In this document: positions 1-13,119 of the stretch, piece by piece | Position numbering within the stretch: the stretch's first letter is position 1 | Layout of the letters: every line of letters starts with the position of its first letter | DNA from: Penicillus capitatus | Taxonomy: Eukaryota > Plantae > Chlorophyta | DNA: 64,000 nt | Reading direction: 5' to 3' | Assembly: GCA_965649825.1 (NCBI GenBank) | Contig: OZ287695.1 | Span: 1,413,188-1,477,187, forward strand | Program-made: the position numbers and the translations under genes | The notes under the pieces: generated by a model | The model's database searches: none | Seen by the model: only the letters and a program-made list of their open reading frames with translations | Told to the model about the DNA's origin: nothing

Positions 1-333
1 CAAAGAAGGTGTTCACGCATTTGATATGGACAAGGGCGATGTGATCGCTGTCGAGTTCTCTCTCGTGTGGCATAGAGATCGAAGAAGATTCTCCCTTTAT
101 CTGTTTCGAGAGGCAATCTCATTGCTAATGTAATGATTCGATCAACAATCGAGATGATACGATCGTCTCAGAATGTCATGACAAATTTGCAAAGATTAAG
201 GCTTCATGTATTCCTAGGAAAATCAATGGTTTTCCACGCCTTTATTCGTCATTCAGAGAAATAACAATCATGTGCTCTGTAAAAGCAAAGAATACATCGA
301 TGTGGATATTCCCACCAAAACAGGATGCTACAC

Positions 334-1146
334 TCAGTGGTTGTCTTGCCCATCTTCGATGGCAAGCTGGTGATATGTTGATACGCCGCCGGCCTTCGTT
401 GCTATCTCCCGCTTAGTTGTGTGTTTTGGAAGCCTGTCGAACGGAACGTCTGTCTGAGAGAGAATGGAATTGAGCTCATGCACACGCTCCTTCTCCCTTT
501 TCATTCTCAGCACAGTAAGATGCCTCACTGCCACTCCACCGATCGCAGCTCCCACAACAAACATAGCTAGACTGATCAGAATCACTGCCACCGTCGATGT
601 TCCTTTCCCACCAGCAGAGTTCTCAGAGGTCCATGTCTTGGCTGCAATACTGTTTTGCACATAGGATCGTGACTCATGTGCCACAGAGTCTGCCTTGTCC
701 ATGACGTTTTCCTTGGATTGTTCATAGCGCTCTTTGCACATGGGACATTCAAAGCGTGCATGAAATTCGCCCTCCGCTTTGACTTCTGATACGCCCGTTC
801 TAAAATTCTCCTCACAGAGATTCATTTGTCCATAGTTATCGTCCGAATCAAAAATATCGAATTCCATGAGGGCACACTTAACACACTGTCCTTCCTTGAC
901 GTGGGTGATAGGTATTTGTTCTGGTTTATATTTGTACGCTTTGTTAATCTCAACCACTTGACGTAGCATCAACGGACCGCGGTCATCTTCGCAGATAAGG
1001 TACACTTCTGGAGCATTGGGTAGAAAATTGTTCTCGTGTGAGGTATAGACCTCGAGTTGACGCAAATAGATTTCCATTCCGACGACTCTTGTCACAAGAC
1101 ATGTCAACATCAAGTACTTCAATCCAAAGGCCTTCGACAGTTCCAT
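334..1146 (-). CDS. Cys-rich type I membrane protein, uncharacterised plant-type family (paralog A)
   Basis: Single-exon ORF; likely start is MELSKAF at 1146. It has a signal-peptide-like N-terminus, a PEVYLIC..CVKC..C..CPMC domain, a TM helix (VAVILISLAMFVVGAAIGGVAV) and a basic tail. It aligns by eye with 6049..6963. Confidence 0.8.
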   Translation of the reverse strand: MELSKAFGLKYLMLTCLVTRVVGMEIYLRQLEVYTSHENNFLPNAPEVYLICEDDRGPLMLRQVVEINKAYKYKPEQIPITHVKEGQCVKCALMEFDIFDSDDNYGQMNLCEENFRTGVSEVKAEGEFHARFECPMCKERYEQSKENVMDKADSVAHESRSYVQNSIAAKTWTSENSAGGKGTSTVAVILISLAMFVVGAAIGGVAVRHLTVLRMKREKERVHELNSILSQTDVPFDRLPKHTTKREIATKAGGVSTYHQLAIEDGQDNH

Positions 1147-1330
1147 GTTCGCAAAAGGCGGTTCGCAAAAGAATCGAAAAACGGATGTGCTTTCAAATGC
1201 TTGGAATCGAGATGCGTGATGTGACGTACGCATGGTATCTGCTGCTGCTGTTCTTTGCGTTCGGCTTGCACGGTGCCGATTAGTGCATGTGTGAAGTCGT
1301 CAGTCACAAACAAAGCGACGCATAAAGTCG

Positions 1331-2577
1331 ATGTCGCTAGCAGTGCAGTCTGTAGAAAGATGGGAGTTTCATGGTCCGGACGGTAAATTGAAACACCAAG
1401 ATGTTTCTCAGCCGTGGAGAACGGACAATGACGAGAAGTGCATGACCGCCGACCCGTTAGATGATTGTCTATGTGCCGTGACTGACCCCTACCCTCCCAC
1501 AGAGACCAGTAAGCATGAAGCTGACAAGCAAACAGTCACGGCAACACGTCGCCCTCAGAAAAGCGTAAGAAAGGACAAAATCGCCTTCGTTCTGGGTGTA
1601 CTGCATTTCTGGTAAGACTCCAGATATAGAGAAGGCGTCATGATGATGATGGATGACATCATCAGGGTGTGTGTTTATTGGCTCGGATCCTATCCCCACA
1701 CTTTCTACAAACTCTACAGTGTGGAGTCCTTTATCCTGTTTCCCATTCGCTGGAAGTCATTTAAGAAAATGAAGATGCATTACTACATGTTTGATTTCTG
1801 CTACGTGGCAAACCTGCTGCTTCTCATTTTCCTGTGGGTCTTTCCTCGATCTGCCTTCCTGTCCAAAGTTCGTCTTCATGATGTGACGGATGTGATGGAA
1901 AGATGACGCCTGTAGGTTCTCTTTGCTTACAACTCGGGACCTCTGGCCTGGTCCATTGTCTTGTTCAAAAACTCCATGGTCTATCACAGTCTCTCAGAAG
2001 TCACGTCATTATTTTTGCATTATTATCCAATGTTAGTTTCCTGGACGCTGAGGTGGTATCCCGACTGTCAGTTGCATAATATTTGCGACGCATCCACGGA
2101 GTATTTACTGCATCATCTATCTGCACGTCACATCAGCGATGTTTGTTTGTGCAGATCCTGGTGGTTTGATTCCAGACTCTCGCATTTCTTGCTATGGCCA
2201 ATGGCTCCATATTTCGCTTGGGCCGTCTTCTACTACCTTAAGCTCTTTGTGGTTTCCTCAAAGAAAATTAGAGACAGAGATTACCAAACCCTCTACAAGT
2301 ATATGGTTGAAGGAGAAGCACAGTTTCCCCTTCTTCAACGCATTATATTCAGGTAAGCATTCTCTTTTCATTCTCTGACAGATGCCACTCTATCTGTCTT
2401 GTTAGATTCTCACCGCCATGGAGGCCACGTATCTACATGTGCATCCATTTGATGCTGGTCTTTCTGAGCCTACTCGGCTGTATTCTTATGTGGAATTCTT
2501 TCTGGATGCACTCCGCATGGCTTGCGATCGCCACATTGTCCTCCGCTTGGAATGGCGCTTCGCATTACTTTTACTGA
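1331..2577 (+). CDS. GPC1: Glycerophosphocholine acyltransferase 1 (GPCAT/Gpc1-like, DUF2838), multi-exon
   Basis: Exon peptides DKIAFVLGV, HYYMFDFCYVAN, FKNSMVYHSLSEVTSLFLHYYP and WNGASHY match Gpc1-type multipass proteins. The stop position comes from manual splicing. Confidence 0.75.
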
Positions 2578-2688
2578 CGTGGATGATTCGTCTGTTCAAA
2601 AGATACACGTTTTGCAAAATCATTTGGTGTATCGCGTGAGGCTGCGTATCCGCATTTCGGCCAGGCGCGTTGAAGTGTTGCGTTCACC

Positions 2689-4721
2689 ATGTCGACCACG
2701 ACGTTATCGGAGTCGTTGAGTGTCGCCTCACAGTTTTTCTTCAGCAACTCGTTCTATCGCGACATGTTCGATGTCACCGTTCCTGAAACGATATGTCTCA
2801 CCATTGTCGTCCTTGGAGCGAGTGGCGACCTGGCAAAAAAGAAAACATATCCTGCTCTTTTTCAACTCCATAGCAAAGGGTCTGTCTGTCTCGATAAGAT
2901 TGAGAAATGTGATATAACTATCACACGGATGATTTTAGGTTCTTTCCACCCAATGTTCACATTCTGGGGTATGCTCGGACGGAGATGACGGACGACGAGC
3001 TGCGCTCACTCGTACGTCCACACCTTAAGGGACCGGAAGATTCGGTGAAGCAGTTCTTGAGAGTCCTGACCTACCAATCTGGCCAAGTACCCCTGTCGAT
3101 CATCTCACCCTCGTCAAAGAGATATGAAGACTTCTACAGTATCACACGGCCGAAGGGTTCATTCAGCTTCAGGAGACAATGTATGCACGAGAACTTGAGA
3201 ATCCACGATGTCCTTGTGGACGCCTGTACTATTTGGCACTGCCACCATCTGTCTATCCACAGGTGAAGGCAAAACATCTTCTGCCCCGGTGCAGTTTCGT
3301 GATAGGTGTGCACGCAACTGAAAATCAACTGCGATTCAATGAACGAACGACAACATCCAAAGAGCTTCCTCCGTGTCGTTGTTGAAAAGCCTTTTGGTCG
3401 TGATTTTGATTCTGCTGAAAAGTAATGTCACTCTTTTGATCCATATTGCATGATCGAGTCCTCCACCGACAGGCTCTCACACAAGTTGGGAAGACTGTAC
3501 CAGGAGGATCAGCTGTACAGAATCGATCATTACCTCGGAAAAGAACTCACTCAGGTAAGGACATCGATCCAGCACTGCAGAATCAGAGGCCGTGTGTTTT
3601 CAGAATTTGATGGCGATGCGATTCGAGAACGGCTTTTTCGAGAGTTGGTGGAATCGCCAATACGTTGCCAACGTACAGATCACATTCAAAGAAGATTTTG
3701 GCGTCGAGGGGCGCGCTGGATACTTCGATCAGTATGGCATCATTCGGGACGTTATTCAGAACCATCTCCTGCAAGTAGGACGGAGCATCATAAAGGGGCA
3801 TATCTTCATCTGCGTTTTGTGTCTGGCTCAGCTCATGACGCTCATCGCGATGGAAAAACCAGTGAGTAAGCATCCAGATGACATCCGCGACGAAAAGCTC
3901 AAGGTTCTAAGATGCGTCAAGCCGCTGGCGGTAGATGACTGCGTGATCGGTCCGTATTCCTATGTCTGCTGCGCGCGAGATCTCGAAGTAGATTTCGTTT
4001 GTTTTAGGTCAGTACGCCGGCCGCGGAGAAAAAATGGGATACTTGCAAGACACAAGCATCTCAGCTGAATCGAACACACCAACATTTGCCGTCTGTGTGC
4101 TGCGCGTGCACAACAGTCGTTGGGACGGTGTGCCTTTCATCCTGAAGGCAGGAAAGGCACTTAACGAGCGAAAATCTGAGGTGATACTCTACACAAATGT
4201 TATCTCACTTTGTCTATTCGAGGCTTCTGCTTTAGATCCGCATTCAGCTGAAGACGCCGCCAGCTCCTCTCTTTCTCAAGGACGACAACAATCGCAACGA
4301 GTTTGTGATGCGTCTCCAGCCAGACGAGGCGATCTACATGAAGATGATTGTGAAGAAACCGGGTCTAGAATCTGACGTTGTCATGAGCGAATTGGATCTA
4401 TCTTATGGAGATCGCTACAAGGACATTGTCATTCCGGATGCCTATGAGCGACTGATTCTGGATGTGATCAATGGAGATCAACAGCATTTTGTGCGCCGCG
4501 ATGAATTGATGGAAGCATGGAAAGTTTTCACCCCTTTGTTGGAACAAATCGACCAAGGCATCCTGCGTTCCGAATCCTACGTCTATGGTAAGTAATCTTC
4601 ACTGAATTGTGAGTGTGTCATAGTAGCGTGCAATACAGGCACACGTGGGCCACGCACGGCAGATGAATTGTCGAAGAAAGTGGGCTATATCCGATCTGAA
4701 GACTACACTTGGAAGAAGTAG
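2689..4721 (+). CDS. G6PD: Glucose-6-phosphate 1-dehydrogenase, cytosolic type, multi-exon
   Basis: Motifs [54 protein letters not shown] and [10 protein letters not shown]; no transit peptide. Confidence 0.97.
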
Positions 4722-4825
4722 AATAGCCCACTGACGCAACTGCGCTCTATTTTGATGCTAGACACCTCGTTTTCTTTTCTTTGATCGAATGAAACGGTAT
4801 TCGAACAACATGGACGCGTCTATGT

Positions 4826-5903
4826 TTAAAGCACACCATCACGAACGTTAGGCGAATTTTCTAGCAAGCAGTCTATCGATTCTCGCATATTTACACACGC
4901 ATAAACCCACCCACACCATCGTATGCCATTGCAGAATTGAACGCCTATACAGATCATGATAACTTCAACACACTGTAGCAGTGTTTGAGGTATTGTATTT
5001 CTTCGTCTTTTGGCATTCCTGAAGCTCTCCACCGAATCCTGTTCTGCATGTCTAGCAGATACACATACCTAAGAGCGAAGACAACGCTTTGCATCGAAGC
5101 AAAAACGAAGCAGAGGAGAACGCTGTGAGTTTGTTCGTCATCTCCAGTTCTTCACAGAGATTTCGATAATCGCCGAAATGAAAGAGGCACGTGGACTCCG
5201 AGTCCTTTTTGCCAGACGCCAGAATCACATTGCGAAATGGCCAGAGCCACATCAACTACAAATAGAAGACCAAAGTTCCCTCATCTCCTCACTGCTCCCC
5301 ATAACCGACCCTGTGTTCAATGACATGGATTTTGAAGCAGTTCTCCAGTGACGAGATTGCCCGAAATGCCTTCACCCATTCAACGACCATATCCTTCCAC
5401 ACCAAAAGCATCGAGATTTCTACAATCTCTCATCGCTCGGTCTCTTTACCCGTGCACCTTCTCGGAACGAAACACACACAAAGCTGGGCACGGCAGTGTC
5501 TTCTCGTTTTTCTGGAAACTCGACGAAAGAGGAATCGGGCTTAACGAACTGAAAAGACATGATGTTTGATGTGATGTGCAGCAAGGCTATGACTTGGGTG
5601 GCGGGGAATGCAACGGAGGTCTCGACAGGCATCAGTTCTGTCTTTGCCTCGAAGAGTTTGCCTTTGTGCTCCTTAAATTGGCCAAAGTCATCGAAATAGC
5701 CTTTCTTAAATTCTTCCTGATCCAAGAGGATGCACTTTTCGCTGCGACGTTGCGCGGATCTCCACCTTCCATATCTCGGCGCTTGTCCGTTCGGACTTGC
5801 TGCGTCGTCTCTCACCGCAACACCATTCGACGCCACTCCATTCCTTTCCTAGATTGTGCAAGCCACAAACCCAGCCCCTCCCACTGACGACCACTCGTCG
5901 CAT
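4826..5903 (-). CDS. ATP10: Mitochondrial ATPase assembly factor ATP10-like, multi-exon
   Basis: Presequence-like N-terminus, then EEFKKGYFDDFGQFKEHKGKLF, VCVSFR, ELEMTNKLT and GIRWCG, resembling plant ATP10. Ends are approximate. Confidence 0.65.
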
Positions 5904-6048
5904 CACTTTGAACGCTCTGCATGATGCTACGACCCAAAATGCCATCATTTACAGGAGAATGCGAAATAAGCAGAGAGTTAGAACATCTTTTCCGATTCAT
6001 TAGGTCGTTAAGTGGATAGAAAGAGACCAGCATCCAGTTACTTGCCTA

Positions 6049-6963
6049 TCACTTATTCGCCTTCTTCATACTGAATCCAATCTTGGCAAGTTCAATGACT
6101 TCACGGGTCCTTGGGTTCTCCCGCGTGATCGTCGTAATTCGCCAGAAGAGCAACACACCAACAACAACGCCTATAACTAGGAACGTGAAGCAGAGGGACA
6201 ACACTGCTGCGATAGTTGGTCCCTCCGAAGAGCTGCCATCATCAGATGCTTCTAGATCGTCTTCTTTATCCTCCATATCCCGCTCCTCATTCTGCAATCT
6301 CACGCTGGTCTCTTCTGGGATGGAAGATCTGTTCGTACCATCGTCAGGGTTCGGGAATGCGTAATAGGTGCTGTCTATTTCCTCACGTATCTCATCCTCA
6401 TAGTAAGCACTCGATGAGTCAGGCGTAGGGGCTTCGGCATCTGGCGCCGATGCAGGAGATGATACCTCGGAGAAGTCCGGCTCGAATGAGGGAGGCGCTT
6501 CATCGTCAGCAGGCTCCGAGGCAGGCGGTTGAGCAATTTGACAGTTAGGGCACTGGAAAACGATGTCAAACTCGCCATTGTCCAGAATCTCATAGAATCC
6601 GTCCTCGCCAAAATCTCCCTCGCACATGGTCCAGGAGCCAAAAGTGTCGTCTTGGAGGACAGCACTGGCATCGGACTCCCTCAGTGTGCATTTGACGCAA
6701 CCGTCAGCGAAGATTTTTGTCGCCAGGATATCACCAAGGCGATATTCATACAGCTGCTTCACACGGCGCACGTCGTTCAAGTTAACCTTCCCTTCTCCGT
6801 CGTCACAAGAAAGATAGACTTCGGGATGGTTGGTCCTGAATAGCCCGCTCGACTCGTGGCTTTGAAATATTGTGATATTCATCAGGTAGATGTCCAATGT
6901 CGGTTCAGCGTAGAGTGTGGCGAGAGTGCTCGCCAGAAGAACGGTACACAAGAGGAAACGCAT
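6049..6963 (-). CDS. Cys-rich type I membrane protein (paralog B)
   Basis: Signal peptide MRFLLCTVLLASTLATLYA, PEVYLSC..CVKC..C..CPNC domain, acidic/Pro linker and TM helix IAAVLSLCFTFLVIGVVVGVLLFW. Confidence 0.8.
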   Translation of the reverse strand: MRFLLCTVLLASTLATLYAEPTLDIYLMNITIFQSHESSGLFRTNHPEVYLSCDDGEGKVNLNDVRRVKQLYEYRLGDILATKIFADGCVKCTLRESDASAVLQDDTFGSWTMCEGDFGEDGFYEILDNGEFDIVFQCPNCQIAQPPASEPADDEAPPSFEPDFSEVSSPASAPDAEAPTPDSSSAYYEDEIREEIDSTYYAFPNPDDGTNRSSIPEETSVRLQNEERDMEDKEDDLEASDDGSSSEGPTIAAVLSLCFTFLVIGVVVGVLLFWRITTITRENPRTREVIELAKIGFSMKKANK

Positions 6964-7185
6964 TATTCGACGGTGAGACGGGCACTGGCCGACCAATAAA
7001 TGGCTCCAGAAGAACCGCTGGCGGATAAAGCTGTGTGAAGTTCGAAGTGATGTCACAATTCTCCTGCGGTTTTCTGTTCGAGCTTCAAGGACGCTTATAA
7101 ACGTCGCTGTCGCAAACATAGACAAACGTAAACGTCTTTTCAAGTCAGCACATTACAGACGACAGAGGTGGTCGTCCACAAGATT

Positions 7186-7736
7186 TCATTCCCATAGTTT
7201 CTTGATGACTCCTGTGAGACCCGGACCGCTAACGGCGAGCTTTGTCAGACCCAGTAGACAGAGGCCACTTGCCCCGAACACACCCCATCTTGACAACACT
7301 ACAGATATAAGGGTATCATCGTCTGCGTATTCCTTTAATGTGGAGCCAGACTTCGAACAGCGGGTGGCACGTAGTCTGAGATGATGCAGTTCATGGAGAC
7401 ATGAGAATGGTAAACCACGACGGGGGCAAGTGCGAGATCCACCACCTTCTGCATTGACCCACCCTACAAGCAACCGTCGGTTGGGCAAATCGAGAGATGC
7501 AGGAGAAGCAGACGCGGTCGGTAAAGTACGCCGCAGGGACCAGTACTAAAACACACGAGTGTTGGTCGCACTTTAGGGAGAACAGCGTATACGACCTGCC
7601 ATCAGTTTGCCACTGTTTTCGTAAAGCTTTCGCGCCGCAGGTCCGGCTTCGTCCGCTACGGAACACAGCCGTCGGACGACTATCAGTCCATAGAACGTCG
7701 ATGCCTACCCACGAGCAATTTTCCTAACATCGACAT
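7186..7736 (-). CDS. SDH4: Succinate dehydrogenase small membrane anchor subunit (SDH4/CybS), five exons
   Basis: Manual splicing over four GT-AG introns gives MSMLGKLLVADEAG..VLVPAAYFTD..DLALAPVVVYHSHVSMNCIISDYVP..LGLTKLAVSGPGLTGVIKKLWE. It has the conserved His and ISDY of CybS; TGTAA lies ~30 nt past the stop. Confidence 0.8.
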
Positions 7737-7877
7737 CTCTCCGAGTATAGAACGGAAGAGGACAAAACGCAATACGCTGCGAAAACGGACGCGCAAAAGA
7801 GCGGAAGCGAATGATCGAACGTGTCGGAATCTTACATCGATCGATCGATCGTACGACATTTCGAAATCGGCATCTGC

Positions 7878-8342
7878 TTATGCATTGGATAAGAGTTCTC
7901 GTACACGATCGTTTCCTGCTAGATCGAGTGGCGTATTGCCCTTCATATCTTTTGCTTCGACAGATGCACCAGCATCGAGAAGCTCTTGGACTTTGGGATC
8001 GTCGCCTTCTGCGGATGCCCAGAGCAGAAGGATGTCGATGGGATGCAATCCAGAATCCAGATAGGCTTGCATGCGATCGTATGTCCCGTCTTCAGCAAGC
8101 ATACCCATGTAGTTGAAGTACTGTTCGACGTCATCGTATCCATAGTCATCGCGCTTCTGACTGCCAACCATACCCGCACTCTCGGAGTCTGTTCTCAGAG
8201 ATTTCTTGCCGAAGCCGAACATGGACTGAGGAGGCATGCGCGTTCGGCCTCGGCTGATCGGCCGAGGCGCGAGACGCAGCGCGCGATGTCCATGAAGAAA
8301 GGCGCTGCGCGATGCGATGGCAGAAAAGCTCCTGAAGTACAT
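7878..8342 (-). CDS. LTD: LHCP translocation defect protein (chloroplast ankyrin protein)
   Basis: DDVEQYFNYMGMLAEDGTYDRM..HPIDILLLWASAEGDDPKVQELLDAGA matches plant LTD/GDC1; transit-peptide-like start at 8342. Confidence 0.92.
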   Translation of the reverse strand: MYFRSFSAIASRSAFLHGHRALRLAPRPISRGRTRMPPQSMFGFGKKSLRTDSESAGMVGSQKRDDYGYDDVEQYFNYMGMLAEDGTYDRMQAYLDSGLHPIDILLLWASAEGDDPKVQELLDAGASVEAKDMKGNTPLDLAGNDRVRELLSNA

Positions 8343-9260
8343 GACGCAACCAATACCCTCATTAGATTTGGAACGGAGTTTGATCAATGCGATCCCTGCC
8401 TCTATCTGTCTGATTTGATCTGCCATCTTCGCTGGTGTCTGCCAGTGTCGCTCATAGTTTTGACGATGAAGCTCTTAGGGGAATGGAGGAGGAAAGAGGA
8501 TGGGGGATATGTGTTCAGAAATGACGTTCCCTGAATCGAGTTGACGTAGACACAGATCTTCTCTACTACTGTGCTGTCCTCTGATGCATCACTTTGTGAT
8601 TGACCTGTTCAGAGTTAGCAGATAGATCCACTGACCCAAGGACTACTGATGTGACATGTGCTCAAGCGTCTTACTTAAGCTGTCAACATTGTCTGCAAAA
8701 ATGATCGACGCCGAACATTCCGAAGTCGCGTCTTGTAAAGATTCCTGCCTAAATCTCGATTCTGGACCAATATCGATTGCAGTAAGAATGTACGTGCCCT
8801 ACCGAGAAATCTGTCAGACCGGCCAAATTTCAGATGCAGTTGGGATAACATCACGAAGACAATCTCGATCTTGCGCAAGATCGATCGAACGAACGAGCAC
8901 CCTGTGTTGCATTTGTTGCCACGATCATCGAAAGCGTGAGTGAGTGACACACTATCGGAATACAGATCCTTCGAAACCCGGTGAATGCAAGTTTTTTTCC
9001 GGAACTCTTCTAAGTTCGATGGCCAATGATCAGGAGAGTGCAGCCACGTGCGGCTGATGGTCGGATGTTCGTTACGTAAAGGATCCTCTCGGGCACGTCG
9101 TGAAGTGCATGACGTTGACAAACACAACGGACAATGCGTCCCTTCCCCTACCAAAACCTTGAACAGCATATGAGCCATTTATGTACAACAAGAACAAGAC
9201 AACGATTACAATGTGTTGTTATGTGTAATGCGTCCATCCATCCATCAGGTCGACCCTTGA

Positions 9261-10502
<1,242 letters not shown>

Positions 10503-10646
10503 GGCTCAATAGATGCTCAGCATTCAGATCATTTAAGCTTCCTGGACACCCGGTCATCAGATTGAGACGACACGTCGCAAACGTGTTGCCAACAAACGAC
10601 CTCTAAAATTCGCACTGTCGTGTTTGACCTTTACTGCGACGTTCAA

Positions 10647-11743
10647 ATGGGAACTGGCACCTCCAAGACAGAGCGGGCAGAGTGTCGCAAGGGAGACGAC
10701 ACTCTGCGTTTTGGCTGTGGAGAGGACGTAGGGCGAAAGACGTCTATGGAAGATGCCTCATGGGCACAAGTATTGGCTGTCACAGCCGGAAAAGGCGACG
10801 CGACGGGGCGTCTGCCGAGTATTCGTGGTTTCTTTGTGGTTCCATCTCTCGTCATCCGAGTTCGTCTTGCACGTCAACGCACTCTTTTCTAGGTGTGCGA
10901 TGGACACGGAGGCGCCGATGCGGCCCATTTTACGAGTCAGAATCTCCTCAAGTACTTCCTCTTAGAGAAAGACCTCGACAGCGATGCACAAAGAGCGATG
11001 GTACGTGATGTCGATGTCGAAGGCGAACGTAAAATTGTTGACGGTGGTGTCGGTGCGTGTCGCAGTACCAGAGTTTTATACGCGTCGATGCTGAATTCTG
11101 TCGTCAAGTCTGTTTGAGACGACAAAGCGAATCTGGAACAACAGCATTGGCCCTGGCAGTATTCGGCCATCGAATGATCCTTGGTAACGCAGGGGATTGC
11201 CGAGCGATACTCTCGCGCAACGGCGTGGCGAAGGAGCTCACACACGATCACCGTCCAAACGCGACAACGGAGAAGAAACGCATTGAAGAGGCCGGAGGCT
11301 TCGTGGATTGCGATGGATACATGTGTGGCGATTTGGGCGTGTCTCGTGCCATTGGCGATCATCACTATCGACATTTAAAACGTGAAGACGGTGAAGGGCC
11401 ATTGATCGCGGCGCCGGAGGTCACGGAGCATCGTATCGAGAACGATGACGAATTTGTAGTCGTGGTGACGGATGGCGTGACCGATGCCTTGACGAGTCAA
11501 ACAATGATCGATTTGGTCCGAGACTCTCTTCGAAAACACAACTGCCCAGAGACAGCTTCCAAGGCATTGGTGGCGGCCGCCTTCAAGACGGGGATCAGAG
11601 ACAACTTGACAGCAATGACCGTCTGCTTCAAGCCGAATGCTCCTTCCAAGAAAAAAATCCCAAACTCCAAGAGTCGACTACGCATCGATCCAAACTCACA
11701 AAGCTTTGCTGATCTGGTATCAGCAATAGGAACAGATTCATAG
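10647..11743 (+). CDS. Protein phosphatase 2C family protein
   Basis: Motifs SMED, DGHGG, GNAGDCRAIL, VSRAIGD, VVTDGV and DNLT. Confidence 0.93.
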
Positions 11744-12207
11744 CGTTTTAATGATGAACATGAACATTCCGTGTTCTCCTACTTTAAACGACACACCTAT
11801 GAGGGTGATGGTAGTCTTTGTTTCTATTTGATGTCTCTAGAGCACTGAAGAGGCGGATCTGTGTTCAATTTCCAAATGAAAGAGTGATCCCATTTTATTC
11901 GTGCATCCGTCAGTCAGCCCGTGTTATTTTATCTTCTTCCTCTTTCATTTCAACCTCTTTCTTCAACACTTGCTTCGAAATGCATCTTTCCATGAAGTAG
12001 TGGTCAATGTTTTTCGTTCAGAGAAGAAAACCCAAGTGCTCTTTATCGCATCAAGTTTGAGTGGGAAACGACATCTGTGATGAGAGATGGATGGATGGAT
12101 CGCTCTGTTGTGTCTTTCAAAGTGCATCTTTGCTGTAGCTTGATACGACTGTAAGAAATATTACATATGATGACAGTCTCTGATCAAACGGTACCACGTG
12201 GCGTCAA

Positions 12208-13010
12208 TCATCCGCTATCCGGTTCATTGGATTCTCTGGACTCTTCAGCCATCGCTTAAAAATGATATCCTTGTACTGAGACAGACGCAGACCGGGCTTC
12301 TCCTCTTGTAGTTCGGCCAGTTGTTCCTCGTAGAACTTCTTGAACGCTGCCTTCCTTCTCCTAAACGTCACATCACGGAATTCGCGTATGTATGTGTCAA
12401 AAGTGTGATCGACTTTTCTGGATGGGCGTCTTCTGCGAGTGGCTGCTCGGCCGGGGTCAATTTCTGCAGGGCGTGGATGGCATCCGTCACATTCCGCGCG
12501 TCGATATCCGTCTCGGCGCGATTGACGTTCTCCACAACTACGAGACGGGCATAGGACTCTTCATCCACCTCCTTCCTCTCTATCTTCTTGCGTTGCGCAA
12601 TCTCCTCTTCCATTTCGGCAGCTCTCTGCTCTTTCCCCAACAACAAAGCGTGTTGCGTCACCTAAATCGCCCCATAAAACTTCAGGTGACGTCATACGAT
12701 CGCCTTCTCGCGCCTTAGGTGCAATGACACGTCCTCCCTTCGGTTTCTTTGATTTGGCGAGATCTTCGTCTTCTGCTTTGGCGAGTTCCTTGATTTCTTG
12801 CTTCTTTGCCAAAGCCGCTTGTTTTTGCTTCTCCTGTTCCTTACGTCTAGCCTGGGCCTTTGTCAAGGTACCCTCGCCAGCTTCTCTCCAGTACTGGTCT
12901 TCTTGTTCTTTGCTCTGCCGCTCCTTCTCTTCATTTCTATTGGCTGCTCTGCGATCCCGTGCTGCCGTTTTCTTATCATGTTCGCCAAAATCCTTCTTCT
13001 TCTTCACCAT
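12208..13010 (-). CDS. CCDC124: CCDC124/Lso2-like ribosome-associated coiled-coil protein (DUF1014), multi-exon
   Basis: N-terminus KKTAARDRRAA..EQEDQYW; ENVNR, DARNVTDAIHAL and HPEK; spliced C-terminus RKAAFKKF..EKPGLRLSQYKDIIFKRWLKSPENPMN. Confidence 0.88.
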
Positions 13011-13119
13011 GTCGTCGGACAACTGGCAGAAGTCGTTTTCGTACAAACACACGCACGACGAGACGAGACGACGGGACACGTCCTGATCCAGCGGTGTTGA
13101 TTGTGCATCTGCTTATCAA

